Below, in pieces: positions 29,491 through 44,414 of a stretch of 64,000 bases of DNA. Below the pieces are notes generated by a model that was not told where the DNA came from, made no database searches, and saw only the letters and a program-made list of their open reading frames with translations. Position 1 is the first letter of the stretch. Each line of letters opens with the position of its first letter. This stretch comes from Candidatus Fraserbacteria bacterium. Its GTDB lineage: Bacteria; Bipolaricaulota; Bipolaricaulia; RBG-16-55-9. Both the position numbers and the translations under genes were made by a program. Where the stretch lies: contig JBBIOR010000005.1 of assembly GCA_037443265.1 (NCBI GenBank), positions 18,546 to 82,545 of the forward strand. Reading direction: 5' to 3'.

Positions 29491-29799
29491 TTACAGCTTG
29501 ACCTCGATGTCGATGCCTGTGGGCAATTCAATATCCATGAGCGCGTTGATCGTCTCTGAGGTCGGCTCGCGAATGTCTAAGAGTCTTTTATGAATGCGCC
29601 GCTCGAAGTGCTCCATCGATTTCTTGTTCACATGGGGCGAGCGCAGCACCGTATAGCGCTTGATCTCCGTGGGCAGAGGGATCGGCCCGGAGATCTTCGC
29701 CCGCGTCTCCTGAGCCGTCTTTACAATGCGGCGCATGGCCTCATCCACGAGCTCATGGTCATAGCTCTTTAGGCGAATACGGATCTTCTCACGCGCCAT
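29491..29799 (-). CDS. rpsJ: 30S ribosomal protein S10
   Basis: [20 protein letters not shown]. Confidence 0.97.
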   Translation of the reverse strand: MAREKIRIRLKSYDHELVDEAMRRIVKTAQETRAKISGPIPLPTEIKRYTVLRSPHVNKKSMEHFERRIHKRLLDIREPTSETINALMDIELPTGIDIEVKL

Positions 29800-31916
29800 T
29801 ACTTCTTCCCCTCCAAGACGGCCTCTTTAAGGCGGGCCGGCACGATCTCATAGTGGGAGAACTTGAACTGATACGTCGCACGCCCTTGGCTTAAGGAGCG
29901 CAATGCTGTAGCATAGCCGAAAGTCTCCGCCAAGGGGATCATCACCCGGATGATTTGCGTGTTGCCGTGCACGTCGAAGCCCTTGATCTCGCCGCGGCGG
30001 GTGTGCAGATCGCTCACGATATCGCCAATATATTCCGTGGGCGTGATGATCTCTCCCTCCATGATGGGCTCCAGAAGCTCCGCCCGAGCGCGCGTAAAGG
30101 CCGTGCGCAAGGCGCGGGCCGCGGCCGTCTTAAACGCGATCTCTGACGAGTCGACTTCGTGATAGGAGCCGTAGTAGAGCGTGGCTTTGAGATCCGTGAC
30201 GGGGTAGCCCGCCAAAGGTCCGCTACCCATGGCCTCGAGAATCCCTTCGCGCACGGCCGGGATGTACTCTCGGGGGATGACACCGCCCTTGGTGGCATCG
30301 ACGAACTCGAAGCCTCCGCCCCGCGGCAAGGGCTCAAATTTAATACAGACGTGGCCGTATTGGCCGCGACCGCCTGTCTGTTTGATGAATCTCTCCTCGA
30401 CGTCCACCGGCTCCACCAGCGTCTCTTTATAGGCCACTTGGGGACGACCCATGCGCGCCTGCACATTGAACTCCCGCTTTAGGCGATCGAAGATGATCTC
30501 CAGATGGAGCTCGCCCATGCCCGCGATGATGAGCTGGTTGGTATCTGGATCTGTCTTCAGCTGCAGAGTGGGATCTTCTTGGGCTAGCTTGACGAGCGCC
30601 TCCGTGACCCTCTCTTCTTCCGCTTGGGATTTGGGCTCCACGGCTGCGAAGATGACCGGCTCTGGAAACTCAATCTTCTCTAGCAGAATGGGATGATCGG
30701 GGTCACAGAGGGTGTCCCCCGTAGAGAGCTCCTTGGGGCCGACGATGGCCCCAATGTGCCCGGCGCTGAGAGCCTCCACTTCCTGGCGCTTATTGGCGTG
30801 CATATGGAAGATACGCGCCACGCGTTCCTTCTTGCCCGTGGAGGCGTTCAGCACATAGGAGCCCTGATGAAGCGTCCCCGAATAGACGCGCACGTAGACC
30901 AGTCGGCCGGTGTATTCGTCCACGGCCACTTTGAAGGCCAAAGCGGCCAGAGGCTCATCGGGGCTGGGCTGGCGGACGATCTTCTGGGGTGCCCCTTCGG
31001 CAGGGCCGCCCATCACCGAGCCGGTGATCTGGCCGCGATCCAGAGGGGACGGAAGATAATCGACCACAGCATCCAAAAGGGGCTGGACTCCAATGTTCTT
31101 GAGTGAGGAGCCGCCCAAAACGGGTACGCAGCCCTTCTGGAGAGTCGCCCGGCGGATGGCTCGCTTGAGCTCTCCTTCAGAGATCTCTTCGTTGTTCAAA
31201 TACTTCTCCATCGCATAGTCATCGACTTCCGCCAGCATCTCAATCAAACGGGCGCGATATCGCTCGGCCTTGTCACAGAACTCCGGCGGGATGTCCACAT
31301 AGCTATACTGGATCCCTTTGGTAGCCTGGTCCCAGACGATGAGCTTCTTCTTGAGCAGATCAATCATGCCCAGGAGCTCATCGCCCCCTCCGGCCGGGAT
31401 CTGCAGCGGAAGAGGAATTGTGCCTAAGCGCTCCTCCATCATCTCGATGGTGCGCTCGTACTGAGCCCCAGGGCGATCGAGTTTATTGATATACGCCAGG
31501 CGAGGGATGCTATATTTATCCGCCTGGCGCCAGACCTTTTCCGTTTGAGACTCGACCATGTCGACGCCGGAGAAGATCGTAACGACTCCGTCGAGCACGC
31601 GCAGAGATCTTTCCACCTCGGCGGTGAAATCGACGTGGCCGGGCGTGTCGATCAGGTTGATCTGATGTTCGCGCCATTGGCAGAGGGTCGCAGCGGCCGT
31701 GATGGTGATGCCGCGCTCGCGCTCCTGCGGCATCCAGTCCATTTCCGTATCGCCCTCGTCGACGTCGCCGGGCTCGTGAATGATCCCCGCGTAAAAGAGG
31801 ATCCTCTCGGTGGTCGTCGTCTTCCCGGCGTCGATATGGGCGACGATCCCGATATTCCTCAACTTCTCGATCGTATGCTTCTGCTTCGCGCTTGTAGCCG
31901 TTACGACGTCTGCCAT
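29799..31916 (-). CDS. fusA: Elongation factor G
   Basis: [39 protein letters not shown]. Confidence 0.96.
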   Translation of the reverse strand: MADVVTATSAKQKHTIEKLRNIGIVAHIDAGKTTTTERILFYAGIIHEPGDVDEGDTEMDWMPQERERGITITAAATLCQWREHQINLIDTPGHVDFTAEVERSLRVLDGVVTIFSGVDMVESQTEKVWRQADKYSIPRLAYINKLDRPGAQYERTIEMMEERLGTIPLPLQIPAGGGDELLGMIDLLKKKLIVWDQATKGIQYSYVDIPPEFCDKAERYRARLIEMLAEVDDYAMEKYLNNEEISEGELKRAIRRATLQKGCVPVLGGSSLKNIGVQPLLDAVVDYLPSPLDRGQITGSVMGGPAEGAPQKIVRQPSPDEPLAALAFKVAVDEYTGRLVYVRVYSGTLHQGSYVLNASTGKKERVARIFHMHANKRQEVEALSAGHIGAIVGPKELSTGDTLCDPDHPILLEKIEFPEPVIFAAVEPKSQAEEERVTEALVKLAQEDPTLQLKTDPDTNQLIIAGMGELHLEIIFDRLKREFNVQARMGRPQVAYKETLVEPVDVEERFIKQTGGRGQYGHVCIKFEPLPRGGGFEFVDATKGGVIPREYIPAVREGILEAMGSGPLAGYPVTDLKATLYYGSYHEVDSSEIAFKTAAARALRTAFTRARAELLEPIMEGEIITPTEYIGDIVSDLHTRRGEIKGFDVHGNTQIIRVMIPLAETFGYATALRSLSQGRATYQFKFSHYEIVPARLKEAVLEGKK

Positions 31917-31958
31917 AGCTCGATCCCTCTTGGGAAATCCAACGCACTCTCTGGATGA

Positions 31959-32462
31959 TTACCAGCGATAGTGAGCGAAGGGCCGGTTGGCCTCCGCCAT
32001 GCGGTGGGCTTCCAGTTTCTTTTCGTGGGCTTTGCCCTGACCCTGAGCGGCTTCCATCAGCTCTTCAGCCAAGCGCTGGGACATCGGCTTGCCCTTCCGC
32101 TCGCGGGCCGCCTGCACGATCCAGCGGATGGCCAGTGTCTTCTGCCGATCCTCTGGGACTTCGTAGGGCACTTGATAGGCCGCACCCCCCACCCGTCGGG
32201 AGCGGGTCTCCAGCTTGGGCATACAGTTACTAATAGCTTTATAGAAGATCTCTAGGGCCGGCTGGCCCGTGCGCTCCTCCACCCGATCGAAGGCCTCATA
32301 GACTATGCGCCGGGCCAAGGACTTCTTGCCGTCCTTCATCACAGCATTGATGAATTTCTCGACGAGTTTGCTGCCATAGCGCAAATCCGGATACAAGAAG
32401 GGCGCTTGATCTCGCCCCGTTCTGGTCCCAGGCAGCACCCGTTCTAACGCCTTATTGAGCAT
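31959..32462 (-). CDS. rpsG: 30S ribosomal protein S7
   Basis: MKDGKKS, RRVGGAAYQVP, AEANRPFAHYRW. Confidence 0.96.
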   Translation of the reverse strand: MLNKALERVLPGTRTGRDQAPFLYPDLRYGSKLVEKFINAVMKDGKKSLARRIVYEAFDRVEERTGQPALEIFYKAISNCMPKLETRSRRVGGAAYQVPYEVPEDRQKTLAIRWIVQAARERKGKPMSQRLAEELMEAAQGQGKAHEKKLEAHRMAEANRPFAHYRW

Positions 32463-32480
32463 ATTGGATCAAGGCCTCCA

Positions 32481-32870
32481 TTAGCTGGAGGTGGAGGCGG
32501 CGGCTGACTTCTTGGCCCCGTACTTGGAGCGGCCTTGACGACGCCCTTCCACGCCGGCGCAATCGAGCGCTCCGCGCACGACGTGATAGCGCACGCCCGG
32601 AAGATCCGGCACACGTCCACCCCGCACGAGCACCATCGAGTGCTCCTGCAGATTGTGCCCCTCGCCCCCGATATAGGCCGTCACGTATTTGCCGTTGCTC
32701 AGTCTGACACGCGCGACTTTGCGCAAGGCAGAGTTGGGCTTCTTGGGGGTTCGGGTGAAGACTCGGGTGCAGACGCCCCGCTTCTGCGGGCACCCTTCCA
32801 GCGCAGGAGCCTTCCCCTTCCAGCCCCGCAGCTTTCGACCTTTACGAATCAACTGATTGATCGTCGGCAT
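32481..32870 (-). CDS. rpsL: 30S ribosomal protein S12
   Basis: [25 protein letters not shown]. Confidence 0.97.
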   Translation of the reverse strand: MPTINQLIRKGRKLRGWKGKAPALEGCPQKRGVCTRVFTRTPKKPNSALRKVARVRLSNGKYVTAYIGGEGHNLQEHSMVLVRGGRVPDLPGVRYHVVRGALDCAGVEGRRQGRSKYGAKKSAAASTSS

Positions 32871-32925
32871 CTCCGCCTTCCTTTAAAAAACGATGGGATC
32901 AGCGCAAACCCGCTGATCGCGAGCT

Positions 32926-32954
32926 ATTATAAGGGACGAGAAGCCCCCTGTCAA
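32926..32954 (-). promoter_or_regulatory. Consensus sigma70 promoter of ribosomal superoperon
   Basis: TTGACA-17-TATAAT on minus strand. Confidence 0.9.
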
Positions 32955-32958
32955 GCGC

Positions 32959-37932
<4,974 letters not shown>

Positions 37933-37956
37933 GCGAATTCACCCCTCATCTCCTCT

Positions 37957-38128
37957 GGCGTCTCTGCCCACAACAGGCCCGTCCCGGAAGCGCATCGTCT
38001 TTCGGGTAGCTCAAAGACCCTTCCTCGCTAAAACGAAAGGGAAACCCAATTCATGAATGACTTGCAGCCGACGGAGCTCTCCCTGTTGCCGCCACCCATA
38101 AGTCCACTGGCTTACCGGGCCAGACGCC
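37957..38128 (-). ncRNA. Putative structured RNA leader of rpoC
   Basis: Nested long-range pairs GGCGTCT/AGACGCC and GGCCCG/CGGGCC with internal hairpins, downstream of TTGAAA-16-TATACT. Confidence 0.45.
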
Positions 38129-38162
38129 GTGACCCTCAAGTATATCAGAAAGTCGATCCGTT

Positions 38163-40118
38163 TCAAACCCCCTCGACCACGGCCAGATCTTCTGCGGGCA
38201 GTTCGGACAGAAACCGCGATGGGCCCTCCATCAGCACGCTTCCATAGAGGGAGCGCTGCTGGGCACAGGAGAGATAGAGCCTCCGGCGGGCGCGGGTCAT
38301 GCCCACATAGAGCAGGCGGCGCTCCTCTTCTAGCATACCCTCCGCCAGCGAGCGCGCATGAGGCATGAGATTCTCTTCGAGCCCCACGATGAACACATAG
38401 TCAAATTCCAGCCCTTTTGAGGCATGGAGCGTGATCAGCGCCACGCGCCCCGCCTCGGACGGATAGCGATCGATGTCCGAAAGCAGAGCCACATGCTCTA
38501 AAAACCCCAAGAGCCCTCCACCCCCTTTCCCCTCGAAATCCCTCATCTGGCCAAGAAGTTCGCGGATGTTGCCCAAGCGCTCTTCGCCCTCGGGACTCTT
38601 AGAGAGCTCTTTCAGATAACCTGTACGCTCTAGGAGCGTATAGGTCAGCTGGCTGGGCGGCAGAGACCGACTGAGTTCCCGCAGATCCTCCATCAAAGCC
38701 ACGAAGTCTTGGACCGACTGAGTCTGCTGGCCCTTGAGAATCCCTGCCGGCTGAGCGGCCGCTCGGCGCAGCGCCTCCCAAAGCGAGCACTGCTCTTGAG
38801 AAGATAGACGCTGCAGGGCTTCAATGGTCGCCCCTCCGATGCCGCGCCGAGGGCGGGCCAGAGCTCTGAGCAGACTGATCTCGTCCTCGGGGTTGGCAAT
38901 AGATTTCAAATAGGCCATCACGTCTTTGATCTCCCGGCGCTCGTAGAAGCGCAGGCCCCGCATGACTTCATAGGGGATGCGCGCGCGGATCAAGGCCTCT
39001 TCCAGCACACGAGAGAGGGTGTTCACTCGATAGAGAACAGCAATCTGGCTGAGATCCGCCCCCTGCCGCCAGAGCTCTTGGATCTCACGGGCGATGGCAA
39101 AGGCTTCCTCGATCTCATCGCGCGCCACATAGAGTCGAATGGGCTCACCCCGGCCGGTCAGGGATAGATCCTTCGCTTTCAGCCGGAGGGCATTGTGCGA
39201 GATCAGATGCCGCGCGGCTTTTAAGATTCGATCACCATGAGGCCAGCGGTAATGCCTTCTGAGCTCGATCACTCTGGCTTTCGGGAAATCCCGCTCAAAG
39301 CGCAGCATATACCCCGGGTCTGAGCCCCGCCAGCTGAAGATGGCTTGATCTTCATCGCCCACCACGGAGATGTTTTCTGAGCGCTCGGCCAAAAGGCGCG
39401 TGAACACATACTGGGCGTGATTGATATCTTGATACTCGTCCACCAGCAGGAAGCGAAACCGCTCGCGATAGTGATGCAAGACATCCAGATGCTCGTGGAA
39501 TAACTTGACGGTGAGTCTCAGCAGATCCTCAAAATCAAGCGCATTGCTACCCTCAAGCAGCTCCTGATAGCGTCGATAGATGCGCGCTACCACTTCGAGG
39601 AGGTATGAGTCGAGCCTGCTGGCGTATTCTTCTCGAAAATCTTCCGGGCCGATGAGTTCGTCCTTGGCCCGCGCGATGAGGGCCGCGCACATCGCCGGGC
39701 TGATCTCGTCTGGGGAGAGATCCAGCTCTCGGATGGCCTGCGAGATGACTTCATATTGATCGCTCTCATCCAGAATGGAAAAATAGCTCGTGTACCGCGG
39801 CGAAAGACGAAAGATATGAGCGCGCAAGATCCGGGCACAGGCGGCATGGAAAGTCGAGATCCAGGGGCTGGGATGCCCGGCTCCTAGGAGCGCCTCCACC
39901 CGCAAGCGCATCTCCTCCGCGGCCTTGTTCGTGAAGGTCACGCCGAGGATCTCTAAATGGGAGACACCCTGAGTAAGCAGATACGCGATCTTGTGGGTGA
40001 TGACTTTCGTCTTGCCGCTACCTGGGCCCGCGAGGATCAGAAGCGGTCCCTCAAGGTGAGTGACCGCCTCACGCTGCTCGGGGTTCAACGGCTCAAGCAC
40101 TCTTAAGGCCAACATCAC
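38163..40118 (-). CDS. pcrA: ATP-dependent DNA helicase UvrD/PcrA
   Basis: AGPGSGKT, VDEYQD, TLHASKGLEF, EERRLLYVGMTRA. Confidence 0.93.
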   Translation of the reverse strand: MMLALRVLEPLNPEQREAVTHLEGPLLILAGPGSGKTKVITHKIAYLLTQGVSHLEILGVTFTNKAAEEMRLRVEALLGAGHPSPWISTFHAACARILRAHIFRLSPRYTSYFSILDESDQYEVISQAIRELDLSPDEISPAMCAALIARAKDELIGPEDFREEYASRLDSYLLEVVARIYRRYQELLEGSNALDFEDLLRLTVKLFHEHLDVLHHYRERFRFLLVDEYQDINHAQYVFTRLLAERSENISVVGDEDQAIFSWRGSDPGYMLRFERDFPKARVIELRRHYRWPHGDRILKAARHLISHNALRLKAKDLSLTGRGEPIRLYVARDEIEEAFAIAREIQELWRQGADLSQIAVLYRVNTLSRVLEEALIRARIPYEVMRGLRFYERREIKDVMAYLKSIANPEDEISLLRALARPRRGIGGATIEALQRLSSQEQCSLWEALRRAAAQPAGILKGQQTQSVQDFVALMEDLRELSRSLPPSQLTYTLLERTGYLKELSKSPEGEERLGNIRELLGQMRDFEGKGGGGLLGFLEHVALLSDIDRYPSEAGRVALITLHASKGLEFDYVFIVGLEENLMPHARSLAEGMLEEERRLLYVGMTRARRRLYLSCAQQRSLYGSVLMEGPSRFLSELPAEDLAVVEGV

Positions 40119-40142
40119 GATTCCTTAGGGAGGCCTCCCTGG

Positions 40143-41162
40143 CTACAAGGCCAGTTTGATGCAGTATTGCTCTAGCTCCTGCTCCGACGAGAAGGGAGAG
40201 ATGTTGATGCGATACGTCTCTTGGGAGTTCTCGAAGCGCCAGTGGGCTTGGACCCGGCGCCGCTGGTCCACGTTGGCGTGCATGGCGGTGATTCGGGCCG
40301 CCAGCTCGATGATTTGAAGGATCTCTCGCTCGCTCTTCTTCTGCCAGTTGGCCCGCACCAGCGCGATCGGGCCGTCGTTGAGGGGCACATAGAGCCGAAG
40401 ATCATCGGGCAAGAAGAACGTCTGCAATCTCTTCTTCTCTTCTTCGTTTCGTCCCAGGACGATCTTGACATCCGGCGGCTTTTTATAATAGAGCGGGAAC
40501 TCTAGAAGCTCCAGGCCGTTTAGGGTAAGATGCTCCTCTTGCAGAAGCTCTTCCAGCCGCTGGCCGAAGTAAGGCAGAATGAGTTTGCAGCGCTTCTCGG
40601 CCGGAAACCCTTCGATTTCGACGCCCAGCTGTCGGGCGAGTCGAAGGAGCTTTGAGCGATGGGCATCCGTCAAGCCCTTGAGGCGCTTTCGCTCTACCCA
40701 GCCGTTCTTTTCGGGCAGGGTCGGCGGGAGCAGCTTCGCGGACAGCGGTCGGAGCACGCGCCCCTCTGCCCCGGCTTCGCGCGTGATTTCCAAGATCTCT
40801 TCGACTCCTAGGCCGCGGGTCCCTACGATCTCGCCGGTAATCAAAAAATCCGCTCCCACTTTCTTCAGGTAGCGCAGAGCCTTGCGTAGCATGAGCTGGC
40901 GGCACCCAGTGCAACAGCTCTTCAGGTCATAGCCCCCGTTGCGGATGTTCGTGAGCTCCGCAAAGTCTTTCTTGACGCTTTGGCTGCGGAAGGAACCATT
41001 GAAGAGTGCCTTGCCCAGCTCTTTGCTCTGGTCGTAGTCACGGAAGAAGGGAGAACGAAAGTGGAGGAGTTTGACCTCCTCCACTTTCGGCTCTTTGAGG
41101 ATCAACTTCGTCGCGACAATGCTTGCCAAGCTCCCAGAAAAGAGGGCAACTGCCTTGACCAT
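40143..41162 (-). CDS. ThiI/MnmA-like PP-loop protein with degenerate P-loop
   Basis: KAVALFSGSLAS, CxxCR, ADFLITGE, LRPLSAKLL, LGRNEEE. Confidence 0.7.
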   Translation of the reverse strand: MVKAVALFSGSLASIVATKLILKEPKVEEVKLLHFRSPFFRDYDQSKELGKALFNGSFRSQSVKKDFAELTNIRNGGYDLKSCCTGCRQLMLRKALRYLKKVGADFLITGEIVGTRGLGVEEILEITREAGAEGRVLRPLSAKLLPPTLPEKNGWVERKRLKGLTDAHRSKLLRLARQLGVEIEGFPAEKRCKLILPYFGQRLEELLQEEHLTLNGLELLEFPLYYKKPPDVKIVLGRNEEEKKRLQTFFLPDDLRLYVPLNDGPIALVRANWQKKSEREILQIIELAARITAMHANVDQRRRVQAHWRFENSQETYRINISPFSSEQELEQYCIKLAL

Positions 41163-41224
41163 CTCCTGCCTCCACGTCCCGAACGATCGCGATTTGGTCC
41201 GTAAGCTCTCTATCTATGACTAGA

Positions 41225-41746
41225 CTAGTAGACGGGCTCCAGAAGCTCATACCGTCCGTCCGCGAGGCGATGGACGATGCTGAGGGCTTCGCGCTCCGCA
41301 TCCATGAATATTAAAAAATCTTTCTTCTTGTAGGATTCCAGCTGGAGGATAGCCTCCTCAGCCGTCATGGGCTTCTTCAGGAAGACCTGCACGCGGACGA
41401 TCTCTTTGGGCTGATGGTCGATCTCGAGGGAGCCTTCCCTAGGTCTGCCCTGGGAGCGCCGCTCCTTGAGCCGGCCTTTGTAGCGGGTGAGCTGGCTCTT
41501 GAGTCTATCCACGGCCTCGTCGATGGCCGCGTGCATATCGGGAGCTTCGGCGGAGGCCTTGAGCGTCTTCTTCTTCACCAGATGAGCGACCAGCTCACAG
41601 ATCTGCCGCTCCTTCTCGATGTCTAAGACGACATCCACCGTGATGATCCCATCGAAGTAGCGGCTGAGATGCTCCACCTTGCCCACGGCATATGACCGTA
41701 GCGCCTCACTCACTGGCCTATGCCGCTCAGCAACTGTGATTTTCAT
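41225..41746 (-). CDS. hpf: Long-form ribosome hibernation promoting factor
   Basis: DMHAAIDEAVDRL, C-terminal KPMTAEEAILQL; promoter TTGACG-17-TACAAT. Confidence 0.9.
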   Translation of the reverse strand: MKITVAERHRPVSEALRSYAVGKVEHLSRYFDGIITVDVVLDIEKERQICELVAHLVKKKTLKASAEAPDMHAAIDEAVDRLKSQLTRYKGRLKERRSQGRPREGSLEIDHQPKEIVRVQVFLKKPMTAEEAILQLESYKKKDFLIFMDAEREALSIVHRLADGRYELLEPVY

Positions 41747-41844
41747 CGTCCTCGCGCGGGCAGTATTGTAGCACAAAATAAGCCTTTCGTCAAGCACTGG
41801 CCGTCTTTGAAACGGAACAGGCGATCTCCTTATAATCGGGAGCG

Positions 41845-41919
41845 ATGGACGAGATGGCAGGCGTGACGCTCTTGAGCCTGATCGCCACGATCTTACTCCA
41901 TCTCTTCCTCCGCCGCTGA
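41845..41919 (+). CDS. Putative 24-aa single-TM small protein
   Basis: MDEMAGVTLLSLIATILLHLFLRR, ATG 8 nt after TATAAT. Confidence 0.45.
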   Translation: MDEMAGVTLLSLIATILLHLFLRR

Positions 41920-41930
41920 GGGGCCCGTCC

Positions 41931-42440
41931 ATGAGGATCATCCGCCCGGCGCTGGAGAAGGATCTGCCCCGCATCTTGGAGATCGAGCGGGCGTGCTTTA
42001 AAAACCCCTGGCCGGAGAGCCTGCTTAGAGGCCATTTGGGTGAGAGCGGCTTTTTAGTCTACGAGAAGGAGGGGCGAGTCGTCGGCTACGTCATCGCCGG
42101 CCTGAAAATCCCGTCCTTCTGGGCCCGCCTGGAGAGACAGACCCGAGCGCTCATCGGCCAGCCCGTCGACTGGGAGGAGCAAACGGGCCACATCATGAAC
42201 TTAGCCGTGGAGCCCTCCCAGCAGCGGCAGGGCTTGGGAGAGGCGCTCCTACGCCAGGCCCTTAAATATCTGAAAGGATTGGGCGCCTACTGCGTGGAGC
42301 TCGAGGTGCGGGCGAGCAACCAGGCCGCGATCCGGCTCTACGAGAAGCACGGCTTTCGGGTGAAGGAACGGCTCCGGAGTTACTACGGCCCTGGAGAGGA
42401 CGGGCTGCTCATGGTCAAGCCGCTCAAGCAGCCCGCCTGA
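41931..42440 (+). CDS. rimI: Ribosomal protein alanine N-acetyltransferase
   Basis: GHIMNLAV, LEVRASNQAAIRLY, YY...EDG. Confidence 0.85.
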   Translation: MRIIRPALEKDLPRILEIERACFKNPWPESLLRGHLGESGFLVYEKEGRVVGYVIAGLKIPSFWARLERQTRALIGQPVDWEEQTGHIMNLAVEPSQQRQGLGEALLRQALKYLKGLGAYCVELEVRASNQAAIRLYEKHGFRVKERLRSYYGPGEDGLLMVKPLKQPA

Positions 42441-42453
42441 GCCGACTCAGCTT

Positions 42454-44394
42454 TTAAAGCTCCGACTTCTCCGCGATCTTGTGCCGGAGCGTCTCGATCA
42501 GCTCGTCCAGGGGCTGCGGGCCTAAATCTTCTTCCGTCCGAAGGCGAACGGCCACTTCGCCTCTCTCCTGCTCTCTGTCACCCAACACGAGCATGTAGGG
42601 AATCTTTTGCAGTTGGGCCTCGCGCACCCTATAGCTTAGGGTCTTGTGCTTGGAGTAGCTGATCTCTGCACGGATGCCCGCCTCCTTAAGACACTTGAGG
42701 ACGGATTCTGCATAGGGAACGTGACGGTCGGCGATGGGCAAGATGAGCACTTGCACAGGGGCCAGCCACAAGGGGAACGCCCCGGCGTAGTGCTCAATTA
42801 AAATGCCGAAGAAGCGCTCCAGGGAGCCCAAGAGAGCCCGATGGATGATGTACGGCCGATGCTCGCGGCCGTCTTCAGCAATATAGCTGCAGTCGAAGCG
42901 CTCTGGGAGCACAAAGTCAAATTGCACGGTGGAGAGCTGCCAGAGCCTCCCGAGGGCATCTTTGGCGTGTACGTCGATCTTCGGGCCATAGAATTGTGCT
43001 TCGCCCTCCATGCGCTGGTAGGGAAGCCCTTGGGCTTGGAGCACGGCTTCGAGCGCGGCTTCTGCTCTCTGCCAATCCTCATCTCTGCCCGCGTATTTAG
43101 AAAGATTCTCGGGATCGCGCACGGAAAGATAAATCTCATATTCTTTGAAGCCCAGCGCTCCCAAAATATAGAAGGCCAGATCGACCACTTCGGCTACCAC
43201 CTCTTGAGCCTGCTCCGGGGCGCAGAAGATGTGTGCGTCGTCTTGAGTGATCATGCGCACCCTCAACAATCCATGGAGGACGCCGCTGCGCTCGTTGCGA
43301 TAGACCGTCCCATACTCCGCAAGCTTTAGCGGCAGCTCGCGATAGGAGCGCGTCTTCGACTTATAGATCATGATATGAAATGGGCAGTTCATGGGTTTTA
43401 CGAAATACTCCTGGCCCTCGACTTCCACGCGAAACATGTTTTCGCGATAGTAGCTGAGGTGTCCGCTGACCTGCCAGAGTCTGGCTCGACCCAGGTGGGG
43501 CGTGGCCACATACTGATAGCCGCGCTTGATGTGCGCTTCCGTCTCAAATCTCTCCAGCTCGCGGCGGACGATGACGCCCTTAGGATGCCAGAAGACGAGT
43601 CCTGGGCCAACTTCCTCTTCAAGGCTGAAGAGCTCAAGCTCACGGCCTAGCTGCCGATGATCGCGCCGACCGGCCTCTTCACGCCACTTCAAGAATTCTT
43701 CGAGCGCTTCTTTTTTATAAAAGGCCGTGCCGTAGATGCGCTGGAGCATCTGGCGCGATTCCTCTCCGCGCCAGTAGGCCCCGGCGACCTCCAGCAACTT
43801 AAAATGCTTGACGAGCCCGGTCTTCGGGATGTGCGGCCCGCGGCATAGATCAATAAACTCGCCATCTTTGTAGAAGGAGATCGCTTCGCCTTCTGGGAGT
43901 TCTCCTAAGATTTCGAGCTTGTAGGGCTCGTTTAGCTCTTGCAGCATCTTTCGGGCCTCATCGCGGGAGACCTCCAGGCGCTCGAAGGGATGATTCTCTT
44001 GGATGATCTTCTTCATTTCTTCAGAGATTTTTTCGAGATCCTCGGGCGTAAAGGGCTTAGGCACATCGAAATCATAGTAGAAGCCCTCTTCGATGGGCGG
44101 GCCGATGGCCAATTTCGCCTCGGGGAAGAGGCGCTTTACCGCCTGGGCGAGCACGTGAGCCATGCTGTGGCGATAGAGCCACTGGGCCCCTTCCGATTCC
44201 AGGGTCAAAAGCTCCAGCTCTTCCTCCTCGTGGCCGTCGGGCAGGGGGAAGTAGAGATCGACGTACTCTTTGTCCCTTCTGGCACCAATGATGCTTTTGG
44301 CGAGCTTGGGATCGAGCTGTTTGAGAATTTCGCTCAGGCGAGCGCCGGGCTGCTGGACCTTCAGCCTGCGACCGTCAGGCAGCTTCAAGATCAC
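42454..44394 (-). CDS. thrS: Threonine--tRNA ligase
   Basis: TGS LKLPDG, RHSMAH, DLCRGPH, RDHR, KPMNCP; GTG start after GAGGTGA. Confidence 0.96.
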   Translation of the reverse strand: MILKLPDGRRLKVQQPGARLSEILKQLDPKLAKSIIGARRDKEYVDLYFPLPDGHEEEELELLTLESEGAQWLYRHSMAHVLAQAVKRLFPEAKLAIGPPIEEGFYYDFDVPKPFTPEDLEKISEEMKKIIQENHPFERLEVSRDEARKMLQELNEPYKLEILGELPEGEAISFYKDGEFIDLCRGPHIPKTGLVKHFKLLEVAGAYWRGEESRQMLQRIYGTAFYKKEALEEFLKWREEAGRRDHRQLGRELELFSLEEEVGPGLVFWHPKGVIVRRELERFETEAHIKRGYQYVATPHLGRARLWQVSGHLSYYRENMFRVEVEGQEYFVKPMNCPFHIMIYKSKTRSYRELPLKLAEYGTVYRNERSGVLHGLLRVRMITQDDAHIFCAPEQAQEVVAEVVDLAFYILGALGFKEYEIYLSVRDPENLSKYAGRDEDWQRAEAALEAVLQAQGLPYQRMEGEAQFYGPKIDVHAKDALGRLWQLSTVQFDFVLPERFDCSYIAEDGREHRPYIIHRALLGSLERFFGILIEHYAGAFPLWLAPVQVLILPIADRHVPYAESVLKCLKEAGIRAEISYSKHKTLSYRVREAQLQKIPYMLVLGDREQERGEVAVRLRTEEDLGPQPLDELIETLRHKIAEKSEL

Positions 44395-44414
44395 AAAGAT
44401 CACCTCGGAGAGGA

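Noticed and set aside
31700..31790. EF-G switch I variant [11 protein letters not shown] resembling EF-G2
   Set aside because: Domain IV motifs and str-operon position are canonical, so it is treated as ordinary EF-G
41747..41974. ORF-track N-terminal extension of hpf (similar cases for thrS, rplP, rplO, hslV, GT4, HEPN, BCCP)
   Set aside because: Extensions cross promoters or neighbouring genes; better starts exist downstream
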